The notes beneath the pieces are model-generated. The model was not told where the DNA came from and ran no database searches. It saw only the letters and a program-made list of their open reading frames with translations. From Candidatus Hydrothermarchaeota archaeon (GTDB taxonomy: Archaea > CAYFZR01), in contig JBHIEG010000006.1 in NCBI GenBank assembly GCA_046760505.1, positions 20,924-84,923 on the forward strand: a stretch of DNA of 64,000 bases, in the 5' to 3' direction. Positions 18,417-28,007 of this stretch are shown here, piece by piece. The first letter of the stretch is position 1; each line of letters opens with the position of its first letter. The translations under genes were made by a program, and so were the position numbers.

Positions 18417-19466
18417 CTAGCTGATTAAATCTTCCAATCTATCCATCTCTATGGCCTTTTTGATCTCCATTGCTATTCTCCTACCCATGCTGACATTCTC
18501 TCCATAAAGAAGGTAGGAATAGGGTGAGCCACCTACATAAAGATTTGTGCCAGCCACTATTCTGGCAGAAATTTCGAACGTTATAAATTCCATTTTTTCA
18601 GTGCAAACCGTTTCAATGCAAAATGGTCCTATTATTCCTGGAGGACAAAGTTCCTTAGAGGCTTCAACGACCCTGTCACCCATCTCAAATACCTGCTGAA
18701 GCAATGCCTCTCTAACAACTATAGGCGAATTACCCACCACAATGTATGTTGGATCTAAGTCAAGTTCTAACTGGTTTTTAGCAGGAATTCTAGTTAATCC
18801 ATCTACATTGGTCTCGTATCTGACATCTATGCCGAATAATTCGACCTCATCCCTTAAGGGAGAGTAGAAGTATGAAAGGTAAAAATTTACCCCAGGAATG
18901 TATTCCTGAATTGTAACGTCTTTGAAGTCTTCTTCTGTTATTAATCCCATTTTGACCATTTCTTCTGCTTTCTTATGAAACGAGTCAGGACCTTTTAGCA
19001 AGAAGTATCCCTCACCGCCTCTTGCACCTGGAAACTTAACGATTGCTAGGTTTTCTACTTCCTTCGGATGATTGTATTCTTTTGGAATCTTAAGATTTGA
19101 TTTTTCCAGCCATTTCCTCTCTAGTTTTCTATCTGCTTCCCAGCGCAATATTTTCCTATTTCCAAACATTGGTACCTGAAGTTCTTCTTCTACACATTTT
19201 ATGCCCAAATAAGCAACAAAGGATCCGTGTGGTATGATTATTGCATTTAAATCTAGTAACTTCTCTTGGACCTCTGCATCTGTTATGTTTTTGAAACTTT
19301 CTAAAACAATAGTCTCATCACATACCCTAAAACGTTTATAGGGCGTTTCTCTTCCTCTTTCAACTATAGCCAATGTCTTGAAACCTTCTTCTTTTGCACC
19401 CTTCAATATTTGCAGTGCAGAATGACTTCCTAAAGTTGCGATAACCATATCTTTTTCTTTCTTCAT
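18417..19466 (-). CDS. purP: Formate-dependent FAICAR synthetase PurP (ATP-grasp)
   Basis: IATLGSHSAL, IPHGSF, GARGG, EISARIVAGTN, SMGRRIA. Confidence 0.93.
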   Translation of the reverse strand: MKKEKDMVIATLGSHSALQILKGAKEEGFKTLAIVERGRETPYKRFRVCDETIVLESFKNITDAEVQEKLLDLNAIIIPHGSFVAYLGIKCVEEELQVPMFGNRKILRWEADRKLERKWLEKSNLKIPKEYNHPKEVENLAIVKFPGARGGEGYFLLKGPDSFHKKAEEMVKMGLITEEDFKDVTIQEYIPGVNFYLSYFYSPLRDEVELFGIDVRYETNVDGLTRIPAKNQLELDLDPTYIVVGNSPIVVREALLQQVFEMGDRVVEASKELCPPGIIGPFCIETVCTEKMEFITFEISARIVAGTNLYVGGSPYSYLLYGENVSMGRRIAMEIKKAIEMDRLEDLIS

Positions 19467-19549
19467 GATCTCACGCATTTTATATTTTTAAAACTATTTT
19501 CTTCCACTATCACTCCACAATCCCTTCTTGAGGTACTCTCCATGGCCAT
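19463..19549 (-). CDS. Putative 28-aa upstream mini-ORF coupled to purP
   Basis: SD GAGGTGA, then ATG; MAMESTSRRDCGVIVEENSFKNIKCVRS*; the TGA overlaps a purP ATG (ATGA). Confidence 0.45.
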   Translation of the reverse strand: MAMESTSRRDCGVIVEENSFKNIKCVRS

Positions 19550-19594
19550 ATGTCACCTCTAAATCACTATTATATCCGGTCCTATTACATTCAC

Positions 19595-20521
19595 TTACAT
19601 AATATCTATCAATACATTTCCAGCCTTTTTGGTGCCATCTCTGTCGCTTCCTGCCACCAATATGATATCTTTGCCCTTTCCAAACGGATTTTTAATATAC
19701 TGGAGGGTACCTTTTCCCCACCCGGGATTTGCATTACTCACAATTACAGGCATTTTATTTAAAATGGAGACGCTTATTTTGTTTACAACAGGACCTCCCA
19801 CCACTATCATGTGATACTTTGAGTAAGTTTCTTCAGTAACTGACGTATCATTTATTATCTGAGGGAGACGTTCCAGTGCATATTTCTTATCTTCAGAGAT
19901 TTTTCTAGCAGTTTCACGATCTAATTCTGGAGCATTCTCTCCCACCACTATGACAAACGTTGGATTTCGCCCTTTTCTGTAGTCAAACCTTGAGATACTA
20001 AATGGGTCTGATACAACTACGTCTTTCGGTTTTACGTGATATTCAAGCATCTTAATCTCGTATGCTGGTAGTTTGCTATCCTTGTATATCGTTACGCAAT
20101 CGTTTTCTGGATTGTATTCCTTCCATCCAATTGTAATTGAGAGTTCGTTGTCTCCTTTTTTGAGTATTCTTCCATATCCGGAGAAGCCTTTCCAGCCACT
20201 TCCTACCCTACTCGCTGTAGATCCTATTGTTTGCCCGTTTAGATGAACGGTTACTAGTTGGTTTCCTATTTCCTCATTTTCCCACTCTAAATGAAGATAA
20301 ACGCTTACATGCTTCAAGGGCTCTATAACTGGGTAGCCACCGTACTCGGGTATCCTAAATCTATAAACTATTTTTTTCGAGGATTTATCGTGGGTACAAA
20401 TCTCTTTATCCCCGTATCCCATATCCGAAAAGGATAGGCTCACGGTTTTAACGGTTACGAGTTGAGCGAAAGATACAGAGATTAAAAATAGAGTTAAAAA
20501 TATCACCTTTTTCATGATCAC
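19595..20521 (-). CDS. Secreted protein with S-layer C-terminal-like domain
   Basis: Signal peptide; IVVGGPVVN...NPFG...ILVAGSDRDGT motif of Methanococcales/Thermococcales S-layer domains. Confidence 0.75.
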   Translation of the reverse strand: MIMKKVIFLTLFLISVSFAQLVTVKTVSLSFSDMGYGDKEICTHDKSSKKIVYRFRIPEYGGYPVIEPLKHVSVYLHLEWENEEIGNQLVTVHLNGQTIGSTASRVGSGWKGFSGYGRILKKGDNELSITIGWKEYNPENDCVTIYKDSKLPAYEIKMLEYHVKPKDVVVSDPFSISRFDYRKGRNPTFVIVVGENAPELDRETARKISEDKKYALERLPQIINDTSVTEETYSKYHMIVVGGPVVNKISVSILNKMPVIVSNANPGWGKGTLQYIKNPFGKGKDIILVAGSDRDGTKKAGNVLIDIM

Positions 20522-20540
20522 ACACCTTTAAATGAAGATG

Positions 20541-20556
20541 AGAAAAGATATATAAA
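20541..20556 (+). promoter_or_regulatory. BRE/TATA promoter of tRNA-Gln
   Basis: AGAAAAGATATATAAA ending about 28 nt upstream of the tRNA. Confidence 0.6.
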
Positions 20557-20583
20557 AGGTATCCGATTCAACTATTTGAGAGT

Positions 20584-20656
20584 AGCCCGGTAGGGTAGTG
20601 GTCAATCCTGCCGGCCTTTGGAGCCGGCGACGGCGGTTCGAACCCGCCCCGGGCTA
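20584..20656 (+). tRNA. tRNA-Gln(TTG)
   Basis: Acceptor AGCCCGG/CCGGGCT (A1-U72); anticodon arm CCGGC-CTTTGGA-GCCGG; GTTCGAA T loop; no intron, no encoded CCA. Confidence 0.95.
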
Positions 20657-20714
20657 TTAGATTCAGCCCTCTTATATATCTACTCCATGACCGGTAAAAA
20701 ACAATTATCCTCTT

Positions 20715-21425
20715 TTATTTACCTAGAAACTTCATAGAATCCAAATCAACAACCTTTGCGCGAACATAATAATCAGAAAATCTCAAATATTTTTTTCCTC
20801 GAAAAATTAGTAGTCCTGCTAGCAGGTCTAATGGTAGCAAAAATACCTTTCCTATATTTCTTAGCGAACTCTCGACTAAATTGAGTTTTCTGCCATTCTC
20901 CTTTAGTACCTTAATTCCTATTAGGTACTTGCCAATTGTTTGACCGTTGTAGGTTTCCATTAGTACCAGAACTATGAGATCAAAAGCGACCAAGCCTTGA
21001 GCGTAGATTATAATCTCGATAATATTTATCCCGTGCTTAAGAATTGGAACCCACATACCTACAAGTACTATGAGTGATACCGGGAGAACCACCAGTATCA
21101 TAAAATCTATAATTGTGGCTGCAAATCTGTTTAAAATAGATGTTTGCGGCTCGATTATAACTTGCTCATCGCTGATTTTTTTAATTTCTTTTATTACGTT
21201 GTAAGCAATCTTTCCTTTGTCCGTCAATATGTACGTTCCTTGTCCTGTTGTCTTGCACAGTCCCCTCATTTTCCTAAGGTGGAAATTGAGTTGTCCCGTA
21301 TCTATTTTTAGGGTGCTCAACATCTCAGTATAGGATAGTTCGGTGTTCTCGTGGAGCAACTCGATTATACTTCTTCTAATTGGATGAGAAAGGGTTTTGA
21401 ATATATCATCTTCCTCCTTAGCCAC
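20715..21425 (-). CDS. Winged-helix (ArsR-like) regulator fused to RDD membrane domain
   Basis: LSHPIRRSII...GQLNFHL HTH; RFAATIIDF, GQTIGK, RFSD RDD motifs; GTG start after GAGGTGA. Confidence 0.85.
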   Translation of the reverse strand: MAKEEDDIFKTLSHPIRRSIIELLHENTELSYTEMLSTLKIDTGQLNFHLRKMRGLCKTTGQGTYILTDKGKIAYNVIKEIKKISDEQVIIEPQTSILNRFAATIIDFMILVVLPVSLIVLVGMWVPILKHGINIIEIIIYAQGLVAFDLIVLVLMETYNGQTIGKYLIGIKVLKENGRKLNLVESSLRNIGKVFLLPLDLLAGLLIFRGKKYLRFSDYYVRAKVVDLDSMKFLGK

Positions 21426-21686
21426 GATTTCACCTCTATTTTGACAACAATCTATTTTAATCAAGTTATTGATACCAAGAAATTTTTCATAAGAGTATTT
21501 TCCGTTTATTATGATATAAAAATAGTATTGTTTATTCAAAAGTGTGTGAGAAACTCAAGGTTTCCTTGAAAAATATTCCTCATTCGTTGGGAAACATTAT
21601 TCTCAAAAAACCTTATAACCAAGTTATATGTTATAGTTTAAAATATAATAGTGCCGAAGAAAACCTGAAAAAAGATGGGGGAGAAA

Positions 21687-22835
21687 ATGAAGGCAACCAA
21701 ATACCTACTGTTTTTGGCTCTACTGACATTACTTCCTTTAGCAGTAGCCTCTCCAGAGGAATATGTTGGCGCTGAGAAATGTAAGATGTGTCACAAAGAT
21801 GTCTATGAAGAATGGAAAGAATCTGGCCATCCATACATCATAAGAACAGCGGAAGAAGCCAAAGAAGCAGGACTTCCTTTACCGCCTGGCTACACATGGG
21901 ATGATATATCTCATGTTATTGGAGGTTACAAGTGGAAGGCCCGGTATTTAGATAAAAACGGATACTTCATCACAAAAACAAAAGCAGGTAAGAATGGATC
22001 CAACCAATACAATCTAGAAACCAAAACATGGTCTGATTACCATCCAGGAGAAATCAAAAAATATAACTGCGGAAAGTGCCACACCACGGGATACTCTCCA
22101 GAAGGACATATGCACGGTATGGAAGGAATAGTTGGCACATGGGTTTATCATGGAGTTCAGTGCGAGGTGTGTCATGGACCGGGAAGCGAGCACATCGCAA
22201 AAGGAGGAGATAAAACCTTAATTATCAAAGATACATCATCGGCCCTCTGTGGAAAATGCCATATCAGAGGAGACAAGAATACAATTCCAGCAAAAGGAGG
22301 ATTCATAAGACACCATGAGCAGTACAATGAATTATTAGCGAGTCCCAAAAAGGACTTTGAATGCGTAGCGTGTCATGATCCGCATAAGAAATCGGAGCTC
22401 TCTATAAAAGTTGGTTGTGCTTCCTGTCATGCAGAGGAAGGCAATGAGTTCAACGGAAGCCTCATGCAAAAAGCAGGCGTAAAATGCATAGACTGTCACA
22501 TGGCTGAGGCTGCAAAATCTGCTATCGCTCGCTCAACGTTCCAAGGGGACGTTAAAACTCATCTCTTCAAAATAAACATTGATCCTGACGCAAAGATGTT
22601 TACAGAAGACGGAAAGTTTGCGTTAGGATATTTAACCGTGGAATACGCTTGCTTGAAGTGCCATACTGACAAGGACAAGAGTTGGGCATTAAAATACGCT
22701 GAAGGCATTCATGCATTAAAAGAAGTTCCTAAGCCACCTGCTCCGCCTGCAGCCAAGCCGACTTGCGGACCCACGTTGCTGCTGCTATTGGCTTCGCTAA
22801 CAGCGTTGCTAATTGGACTAAAAAGAAGGAAATAA
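21687..22835 (+). CDS. Octaheme cytochrome c with C-terminal CGP-CTERM anchor
   Basis: Signal peptide; eight CxxCH motifs (CKMCH, CGKCH, CEVCH, CGKCH, CVACH, CASCH, CIDCH, CLKCH); Pro linker, TCGP, TM helix, KRRK. Confidence 0.92.
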   Translation: MKATKYLLFLALLTLLPLAVASPEEYVGAEKCKMCHKDVYEEWKESGHPYIIRTAEEAKEAGLPLPPGYTWDDISHVIGGYKWKARYLDKNGYFITKTKAGKNGSNQYNLETKTWSDYHPGEIKKYNCGKCHTTGYSPEGHMHGMEGIVGTWVYHGVQCEVCHGPGSEHIAKGGDKTLIIKDTSSALCGKCHIRGDKNTIPAKGGFIRHHEQYNELLASPKKDFECVACHDPHKKSELSIKVGCASCHAEEGNEFNGSLMQKAGVKCIDCHMAEAAKSAIARSTFQGDVKTHLFKINIDPDAKMFTEDGKFALGYLTVEYACLKCHTDKDKSWALKYAEGIHALKEVPKPPAPPAAKPTCGPTLLLLLASLTALLIGLKRRK

Positions 22836-22846
22836 GCCTTCTTTTT

Positions 22847-23698
22847 TTATTTTTTATTTATAGGTTGCAATCTCCCTTTTTCGTTGATTTTAAAGACGTA
22901 TAAACCAACAATAAGCCAGTAAATTAAGTAGGAAAAAGCCTCCAACAGAGAGGGATCCCCGTTGTATCCGAATAGAGATTTCATTGTCGAGCCTATTATA
23001 CCTTTCTCATGCATCGGAGGATAGCTTCCGTCTGGATTTAATGCTGGATTGATGTCCCAAAGGTGCTCAACAAAAACTGGCAGTACGTTAGCCTCTTGGA
23101 GTTCGTGAACTCCTTGCGCAGTAAGTCCAGAGGCAAAGAATATCAATATTGTGCTTGTATAAATGAAGAACTTCCTGTAATCAAGTCTATATGTTCCCTT
23201 TAATAATAAAACACCCAGTACGATAACAGAAACAAGACCTCCAAAAAAACCTATGAGAGTATCAGCCGGAGAGATCATTGCCAAGGTACCCAAAAAGAGA
23301 ACTGTTTCAACTCCTTCTCTGAAAACAGATAGGAATGCTATGCTTGCTATCCCAAATAAATGCCTAGATGAAATAGCAAAATCTATCTTCTCCTGCAACT
23401 CTCCTTTTATTAAATAAGCCTGCCTTGACATCCAAAATATCATATAAGTTAGTACAGTTGCTGCAAAGAGCATTACTACGCCTTCAAAGAGTTTTTCTGC
23501 CTTCCCTTCAAAACCACCGTAAAGTCCTTTAAAAATAAAAGCAACCACAATGCTTGCTATTAAAGCAGAGGCAGTTCCTATGTATAGAAACTTGTTTAAA
23601 TCTCTCCTTCCTATCTTTGCTAAATAGGCTGCAATTATTCCTATAATGAGCGCTGCTTCCATTCCTTCTCTTAAAGTAATTATGAAACTCACGAGCAT
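22847..23698 (-). CDS. FTR1 family iron permease
   Basis: Two REGxE motifs (LREGMEA, FREGVET); GVHELQEA; multiple TMs. Confidence 0.93.
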   Translation of the reverse strand: MLVSFIITLREGMEAALIIGIIAAYLAKIGRRDLNKFLYIGTASALIASIVVAFIFKGLYGGFEGKAEKLFEGVVMLFAATVLTYMIFWMSRQAYLIKGELQEKIDFAISSRHLFGIASIAFLSVFREGVETVLFLGTLAMISPADTLIGFFGGLVSVIVLGVLLLKGTYRLDYRKFFIYTSTILIFFASGLTAQGVHELQEANVLPVFVEHLWDINPALNPDGSYPPMHEKGIIGSTMKSLFGYNGDPSLLEAFSYLIYWLIVGLYVFKINEKGRLQPINKK

Positions 23699-23711
23699 AA
23701 TTTCATATATT

Positions 23712-23727
23712 TTTAGGGTAACCTAAA
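23712..23727. promoter_or_regulatory. DtxR/IdeR-like iron operator TTTAGG-GTAA-CCTAAA
   Basis: Inverted repeat between the TATA-like element (TATATAA on the minus strand) and the FTR1 ATG. Confidence 0.7.
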
Positions 23728-23784
23728 TTATATACGTTTCGATTTTTAAACAGTAAAAATAACTAGAGGAGATTTTTTGAATCG

Positions 23785-24903
23785 CTAATCAATTTCTATT
23801 ATTTCATATTCATCAGAGCCAAGATTATGATTCTTAGCGGCTTGTAATTGATAGTCCGAGTGAGTCCAATTGAATATGGACCCAAACTTCTCTCCGGATA
23901 TTCCCTGAGCCATAGAATTCGGTAAACAGGGACTTTCATTTACAAAGTCTATGGAAGCCTTTTCTATCGCAAGTATATCTTCAGAGGCTAAAATACCGAC
24001 GTCAGGCACGATTGGATTATCTGAATAAGGACAGCAATCGCAGTGGGGTGTTATATCGAGTAAAAAATTGAAGAAGACGAAGTTTTCTTTTCCTACAAGT
24101 TTAAAAACTGCTTTTGCACAGTCTATAATTCTTTCTGATAGATCTTTTCCGGTTATCCATTTTAATACTATCGCATTTTCCCTACATACTTCAAAGCATC
24201 CGTTGCACTTAAGGCACAATGAATCAACTACCTTGTATTCTTGAATGGCATTCCCAGGACATATATCCACGCATTTATCGCATCTTGTACATAGATTCTC
24301 ATCAATTACAGGGAGTTCGTATAGATGGATATCGAACTTAGATGGTTTTGCAATACATCCAACACCTATGTTTTTTAGTGCTCCTCCAAAGGCTCCTCTG
24401 AAATGTCCCTTGAAGTGCGCTAGAGATATTACCTTGTCTACTTCATCAAAGATTTTGGCGACATATACTTTCTTTAGGTGAAAACCATCCACTTCAACCT
24501 CTATGTAATCAAATCCCTTCAATCCATCCGCTATTATTATGGGTGCGCTTAAAGTTTGAGATGTATATCCGTTTTCCTCAGCAATCTTCATCCTTCCTAG
24601 GGCAAAACTTCTGTCATCTGTAAAGCCTAATCCTGTTGTCTCCGTTACAAAAGGTTCACCGCCCTTTTCTTTCACAATTTGTGCAATCTTTCTGATATAT
24701 ACGGATCTAAGGGGTTTTGTGGTTCCGTGCACGCCGAAGTGTGTCTTTAAAGCGACAACATCTCCTCTTTCGATAAAGTCTAATATTCCACTTTTTCTTA
24801 TTAGCCTCTCTAACTTATTTACCATGCTCAAATGCGGCTGATACCATCTTTCAGGCGTTTCTACGGGAGCACGAGAGTTTGCAAAGAAGACTTTGGCTCC
24901 TAT
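23785..24903 (-). CDS. DUF362 family Fe-S protein with 2x[4Fe-4S] domain (proposed ATA start)
   Basis: ALKTHFG, IIIADGLKG, AHFKGH...GGALKNIGVGC, CDCC; the ORF extends to IGAKVFFANSRA, with ATA at 24903 after GGAGG. Confidence 0.88.
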   Translation of the reverse strand: MGAKVFFANSRAPVETPERWYQPHLSMVNKLERLIRKSGILDFIERGDVVALKTHFGVHGTTKPLRSVYIRKIAQIVKEKGGEPFVTETTGLGFTDDRSFALGRMKIAEENGYTSQTLSAPIIIADGLKGFDYIEVEVDGFHLKKVYVAKIFDEVDKVISLAHFKGHFRGAFGGALKNIGVGCIAKPSKFDIHLYELPVIDENLCTRCDKCVDICPGNAIQEYKVVDSLCLKCNGCFEVCRENAIVLKWITGKDLSERIIDCAKAVFKLVGKENFVFFNFLLDITPHCDCCPYSDNPIVPDVGILASEDILAIEKASIDFVNESPCLPNSMAQGISGEKFGSIFNWTHSDYQLQAAKNHNLGSDEYEIIEID

Positions 24904-26021
24904 CTTTTTCCCCTCCTTACGTGTAGAAATGTGAGTATAAATGCAATCAAGAATATAAATGAAATACTGATCAGCATCAGATAAAACTTCTTTTTTTCCC
25001 TCTCTCTTTCTTTTTCCTCTTGAATTCTCTTCTCCTCTACTTCAGATATTTTTTCCTCGAGTTTTTTCTGTTCTTCTTTAAATTTTTGGATTTCTTCTTT
25101 GGTTACTTTCTGCAGGTAAAGCAATGCTGATGTTTTTAGTTTCGTAGCATTTTTCTCTATTTTATTTGCAATTGATTTGGCTTTAAGCGAATAATTTAAG
25201 GCTAAGTCGTATTTTTTAGATTCCTTTAATTCCTCTGCCTTCATTATGAGCTCTTCCGTGGTCCAGTAACTTTCGTTTAATTCTTCAAGTGTTTTATAGT
25301 AAGTGCTAGAGTTGGTTAGGTTTCTATGAATGGTTGAAATTACAGATCGAGCCTCTTCAAGGCTGATTCTTGCCTCTTCTAGGCTATCTTTAGCCTCTTT
25401 AATTCTTTTGTTGGAGAGTTCAAGAAACTTGCCATATTCTATGTAGAATTCAAGTTTATCTAAGGGGGTAACCTTTTCATCATAAAAGTAAAGCGATAGC
25501 CTACTGTCCTTTATTTCCACCATATCGGGCTCTGGTTTGACCCTACCAATTTGCATATTTTCAGGGATCGTTACCTTGTAAGAAACTCTGAGTATGTATA
25601 AAGGGGAGAATATACTGTCCCTTATGATATAACCCCTTTCTGTCTTGGCTATAAAATCAGATCTTTTATAGTCGATTTCTATGGTCTTAAATTTTTTTGG
25701 CGGAATTGAGGTAATTCTAACGGAGATGCAATTGCCTGTTTCATCCTTGGTGAACGTAACATTGAGTGGAGAGTATCTGCCTGTTAAATTGTGCACGTAT
25801 GCCGATGCATTGTACATGGAACCCATACAGTAGATGAAAGGCGGCGCTAGATGTGTGTAGTTACCGTAAGAATAATTTCCAGTGTTGATATAATTCCAGA
25901 ATTGATTCACATTGGCCTCATCAGGTTCTGCTATATCGATTACATAAACGAAGTTATCTACTATCAATTGAGCGGTTGATACCGATATAGCGAACAACAA
26001 TGCCAAGAACTTAAACCTCAT
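24900..26021 (-). CDS. Secreted/membrane-anchored protein with coiled-coil and C-terminal TM
   Basis: Signal peptide, several N-x-S/T sequons, coiled-coil, TM followed by RRGKR. Confidence 0.75.
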   Translation of the reverse strand: MRFKFLALLFAISVSTAQLIVDNFVYVIDIAEPDEANVNQFWNYINTGNYSYGNYTHLAPPFIYCMGSMYNASAYVHNLTGRYSPLNVTFTKDETGNCISVRITSIPPKKFKTIEIDYKRSDFIAKTERGYIIRDSIFSPLYILRVSYKVTIPENMQIGRVKPEPDMVEIKDSRLSLYFYDEKVTPLDKLEFYIEYGKFLELSNKRIKEAKDSLEEARISLEEARSVISTIHRNLTNSSTYYKTLEELNESYWTTEELIMKAEELKESKKYDLALNYSLKAKSIANKIEKNATKLKTSALLYLQKVTKEEIQKFKEEQKKLEEKISEVEEKRIQEEKEREREKKKFYLMLISISFIFLIAFILTFLHVRRGKR

Positions 26022-26125
26022 AAAACCATCTTCTTTTTCTCATACAACATATTTTTTATCCTAGTGCAAAAGATTTTTATATCCTTTTGCCAATCGCACT
26101 CTTCAGAGATTGAGGGGGAATAAAA

Positions 26126-27757
26126 ATGCAAACAACTGAGGGACAACCTATCTTGATATTACCAGAGGGTTCTGAAAGGTATATGGGAAGAGAAGCTCAA
26201 AGGATGAATATTCTTGCAGCCAGAATTATAGCAGAGGCAATAAGAACTACGTTGGGTCCAAAAGGTATGGACAAAATGTTGGTAGACTCTACGGGAGACA
26301 TAACGATAACAAACGATGGAGCCACGATTTTAAAAGAAATAGATGTAGAACATCCAGTTGCGAAGATGATAATCGAAGTTGCCGAGACCATGGATAATGA
26401 AGTCGGGGACGGTACAACAAGCGCGGTGATACTCACTGGGGAGTTACTTAAAAAAACCGAAGAATTGTTAAACCTTGGCATTCATCCCGCAACCATTGCA
26501 AAGGGATTCAGAATGGCATCTGAAAAAGCAAGTGAAATACTCGATGAAGTATCAAAAACTATATCGATAGAAGACGTTGATGTACTCAGAAACATCGTCA
26601 TGACATCAATGAGTGGCAGATTGGCAGATGAAATAAAGGAAGACCTTTCAAAAATAATTATTGATGCTATAAAGACGATTTCAGAAGAAAAAGATGGGAA
26701 ATACAAGGTAGATTTGGATAATATCAAGATTCAAAAATTTGAGAGCAGTAGTATATCTGAAACCAAACTCGTAGATGGTATCGTACTTGATAAAAAGAAA
26801 GCCCATCCCATGATGCCGAAATTGGTTAGGGATGCTAAAATTGCCCTTATAAGGTCTAGAATGAAGGTTAGAGAAACCGAAATGAAGGCCAAGTTTAGAA
26901 TAACTGATCCAAAAGAGCTTAAAAGATTCTCGGATGAAGAACGCAACATTTTGATGAGCATGTTAAGTAAGATAAAGGAATCTGGAGCAAACGTCGTCTT
27001 ATGCAAAAGAGACATAGATGAAAACTTCCAAGACCTTCTCGCGAGAGAGGGCATTTTTGCTGTAGAGAGAGTTCCAACTTCAGATATAAAGAGACTTATC
27101 CTTGCTACGGGTGCAGAACTTGTTACAAATTTGGAAGATTTATCTAAAGATAATTTAGGACATGCAGACCTAGTTAGAGAAGAAAAAATTGGAGAAAAAG
27201 AAATTGTATTCATAGAAGGGTGCAGAAATCCAAAGGCGCTAACAATACTGGTAAGGGGCAGCACGGGACATATCGTAGACGAAATAGAGAGAGATGTGAG
27301 CAATGGACTGCACGGAGTAAAGGTTTCCATCGAAGACGGAGGCGTTGTTCCAGGTGGGGGCTCTATAGAAGTTGCAATCTCAAGTCAACTCAGAAATTTT
27401 GCCAAGAAGATAGGAGGTAGGGAGCAGTTAGCCATCAATTCATTCGCCGAGGCACTTGAAATTATACCCAAAACCTTAGCCGAGAACGCGGGACTGGATT
27501 CTGTGGATGTACTTCTAAGGTTGAAAGCAACCCAGGAGAAGGGGAAAATTAACTACGGGATCGACGTGTTCACAGGCGAAATAAAGGACATGTTCGATGA
27601 AAATGTACTAGAGCCAAAAAGGGTTAAGTTGCAGGCAATTAAAACCGCAACCGATACCTCAATCATGATATTGAGGATAGATGACGTAATAGCCATAGCC
27701 CCCATAGAGATAGAAGATACAGGATATCCTGGGCCTATGCCTGAAATGGAGTTGTAG
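26126..27757 (+). CDS. Thermosome (group II chaperonin) subunit
   Basis: [36 protein letters not shown]. Confidence 0.96.
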   Translation: MQTTEGQPILILPEGSERYMGREAQRMNILAARIIAEAIRTTLGPKGMDKMLVDSTGDITITNDGATILKEIDVEHPVAKMIIEVAETMDNEVGDGTTSAVILTGELLKKTEELLNLGIHPATIAKGFRMASEKASEILDEVSKTISIEDVDVLRNIVMTSMSGRLADEIKEDLSKIIIDAIKTISEEKDGKYKVDLDNIKIQKFESSSISETKLVDGIVLDKKKAHPMMPKLVRDAKIALIRSRMKVRETEMKAKFRITDPKELKRFSDEERNILMSMLSKIKESGANVVLCKRDIDENFQDLLAREGIFAVERVPTSDIKRLILATGAELVTNLEDLSKDNLGHADLVREEKIGEKEIVFIEGCRNPKALTILVRGSTGHIVDEIERDVSNGLHGVKVSIEDGGVVPGGGSIEVAISSQLRNFAKKIGGREQLAINSFAEALEIIPKTLAENAGLDSVDVLLRLKATQEKGKINYGIDVFTGEIKDMFDENVLEPKRVKLQAIKTATDTSIMILRIDDVIAIAPIEIEDTGYPGPMPEMEL

Positions 27758-27768
27758 GGGGAAGTTAC

Positions 27769-27999
27769 ACGTTCCCTGCAAATAGATTAACTCGTTTTGA
27801 ACGTGCGAGAATAATCGGAGCCAGAGCATTACAAATTTCAATGGGAGCACCGGTACTGATCGATATACCAGAAAATCTAGTAGATCCACTTGAAATAGCA
27901 AAGCTTGAGTTCAAAAAGGGCGCCGTACCTCTAACCGTTAGGAGAAAGTTACCAGGAGGAGAGTACGTATTAGTAAAGATGACAGATCTGGCATTGTAA
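27769..27999 (+). CDS. rpoK: RNA polymerase subunit K (Rpo6); proposed ACG start
   Basis: Manual translation: (T)[31 protein letters not shown]...PLEIAKLEF...PLTVRR; in-frame TGA at 27742 with no ATG/GTG/TTG between it and the core. Confidence 0.93.
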   Translation, partial: TFPANRLTRFERARIIGARALQISMGAPVLIDIPENLVDPLEIAKLEFKKGAVPLTVRRKLPGGEYVLVKMTDLAL

Positions 28000-28007
28000 A
28001 AAAAGAC

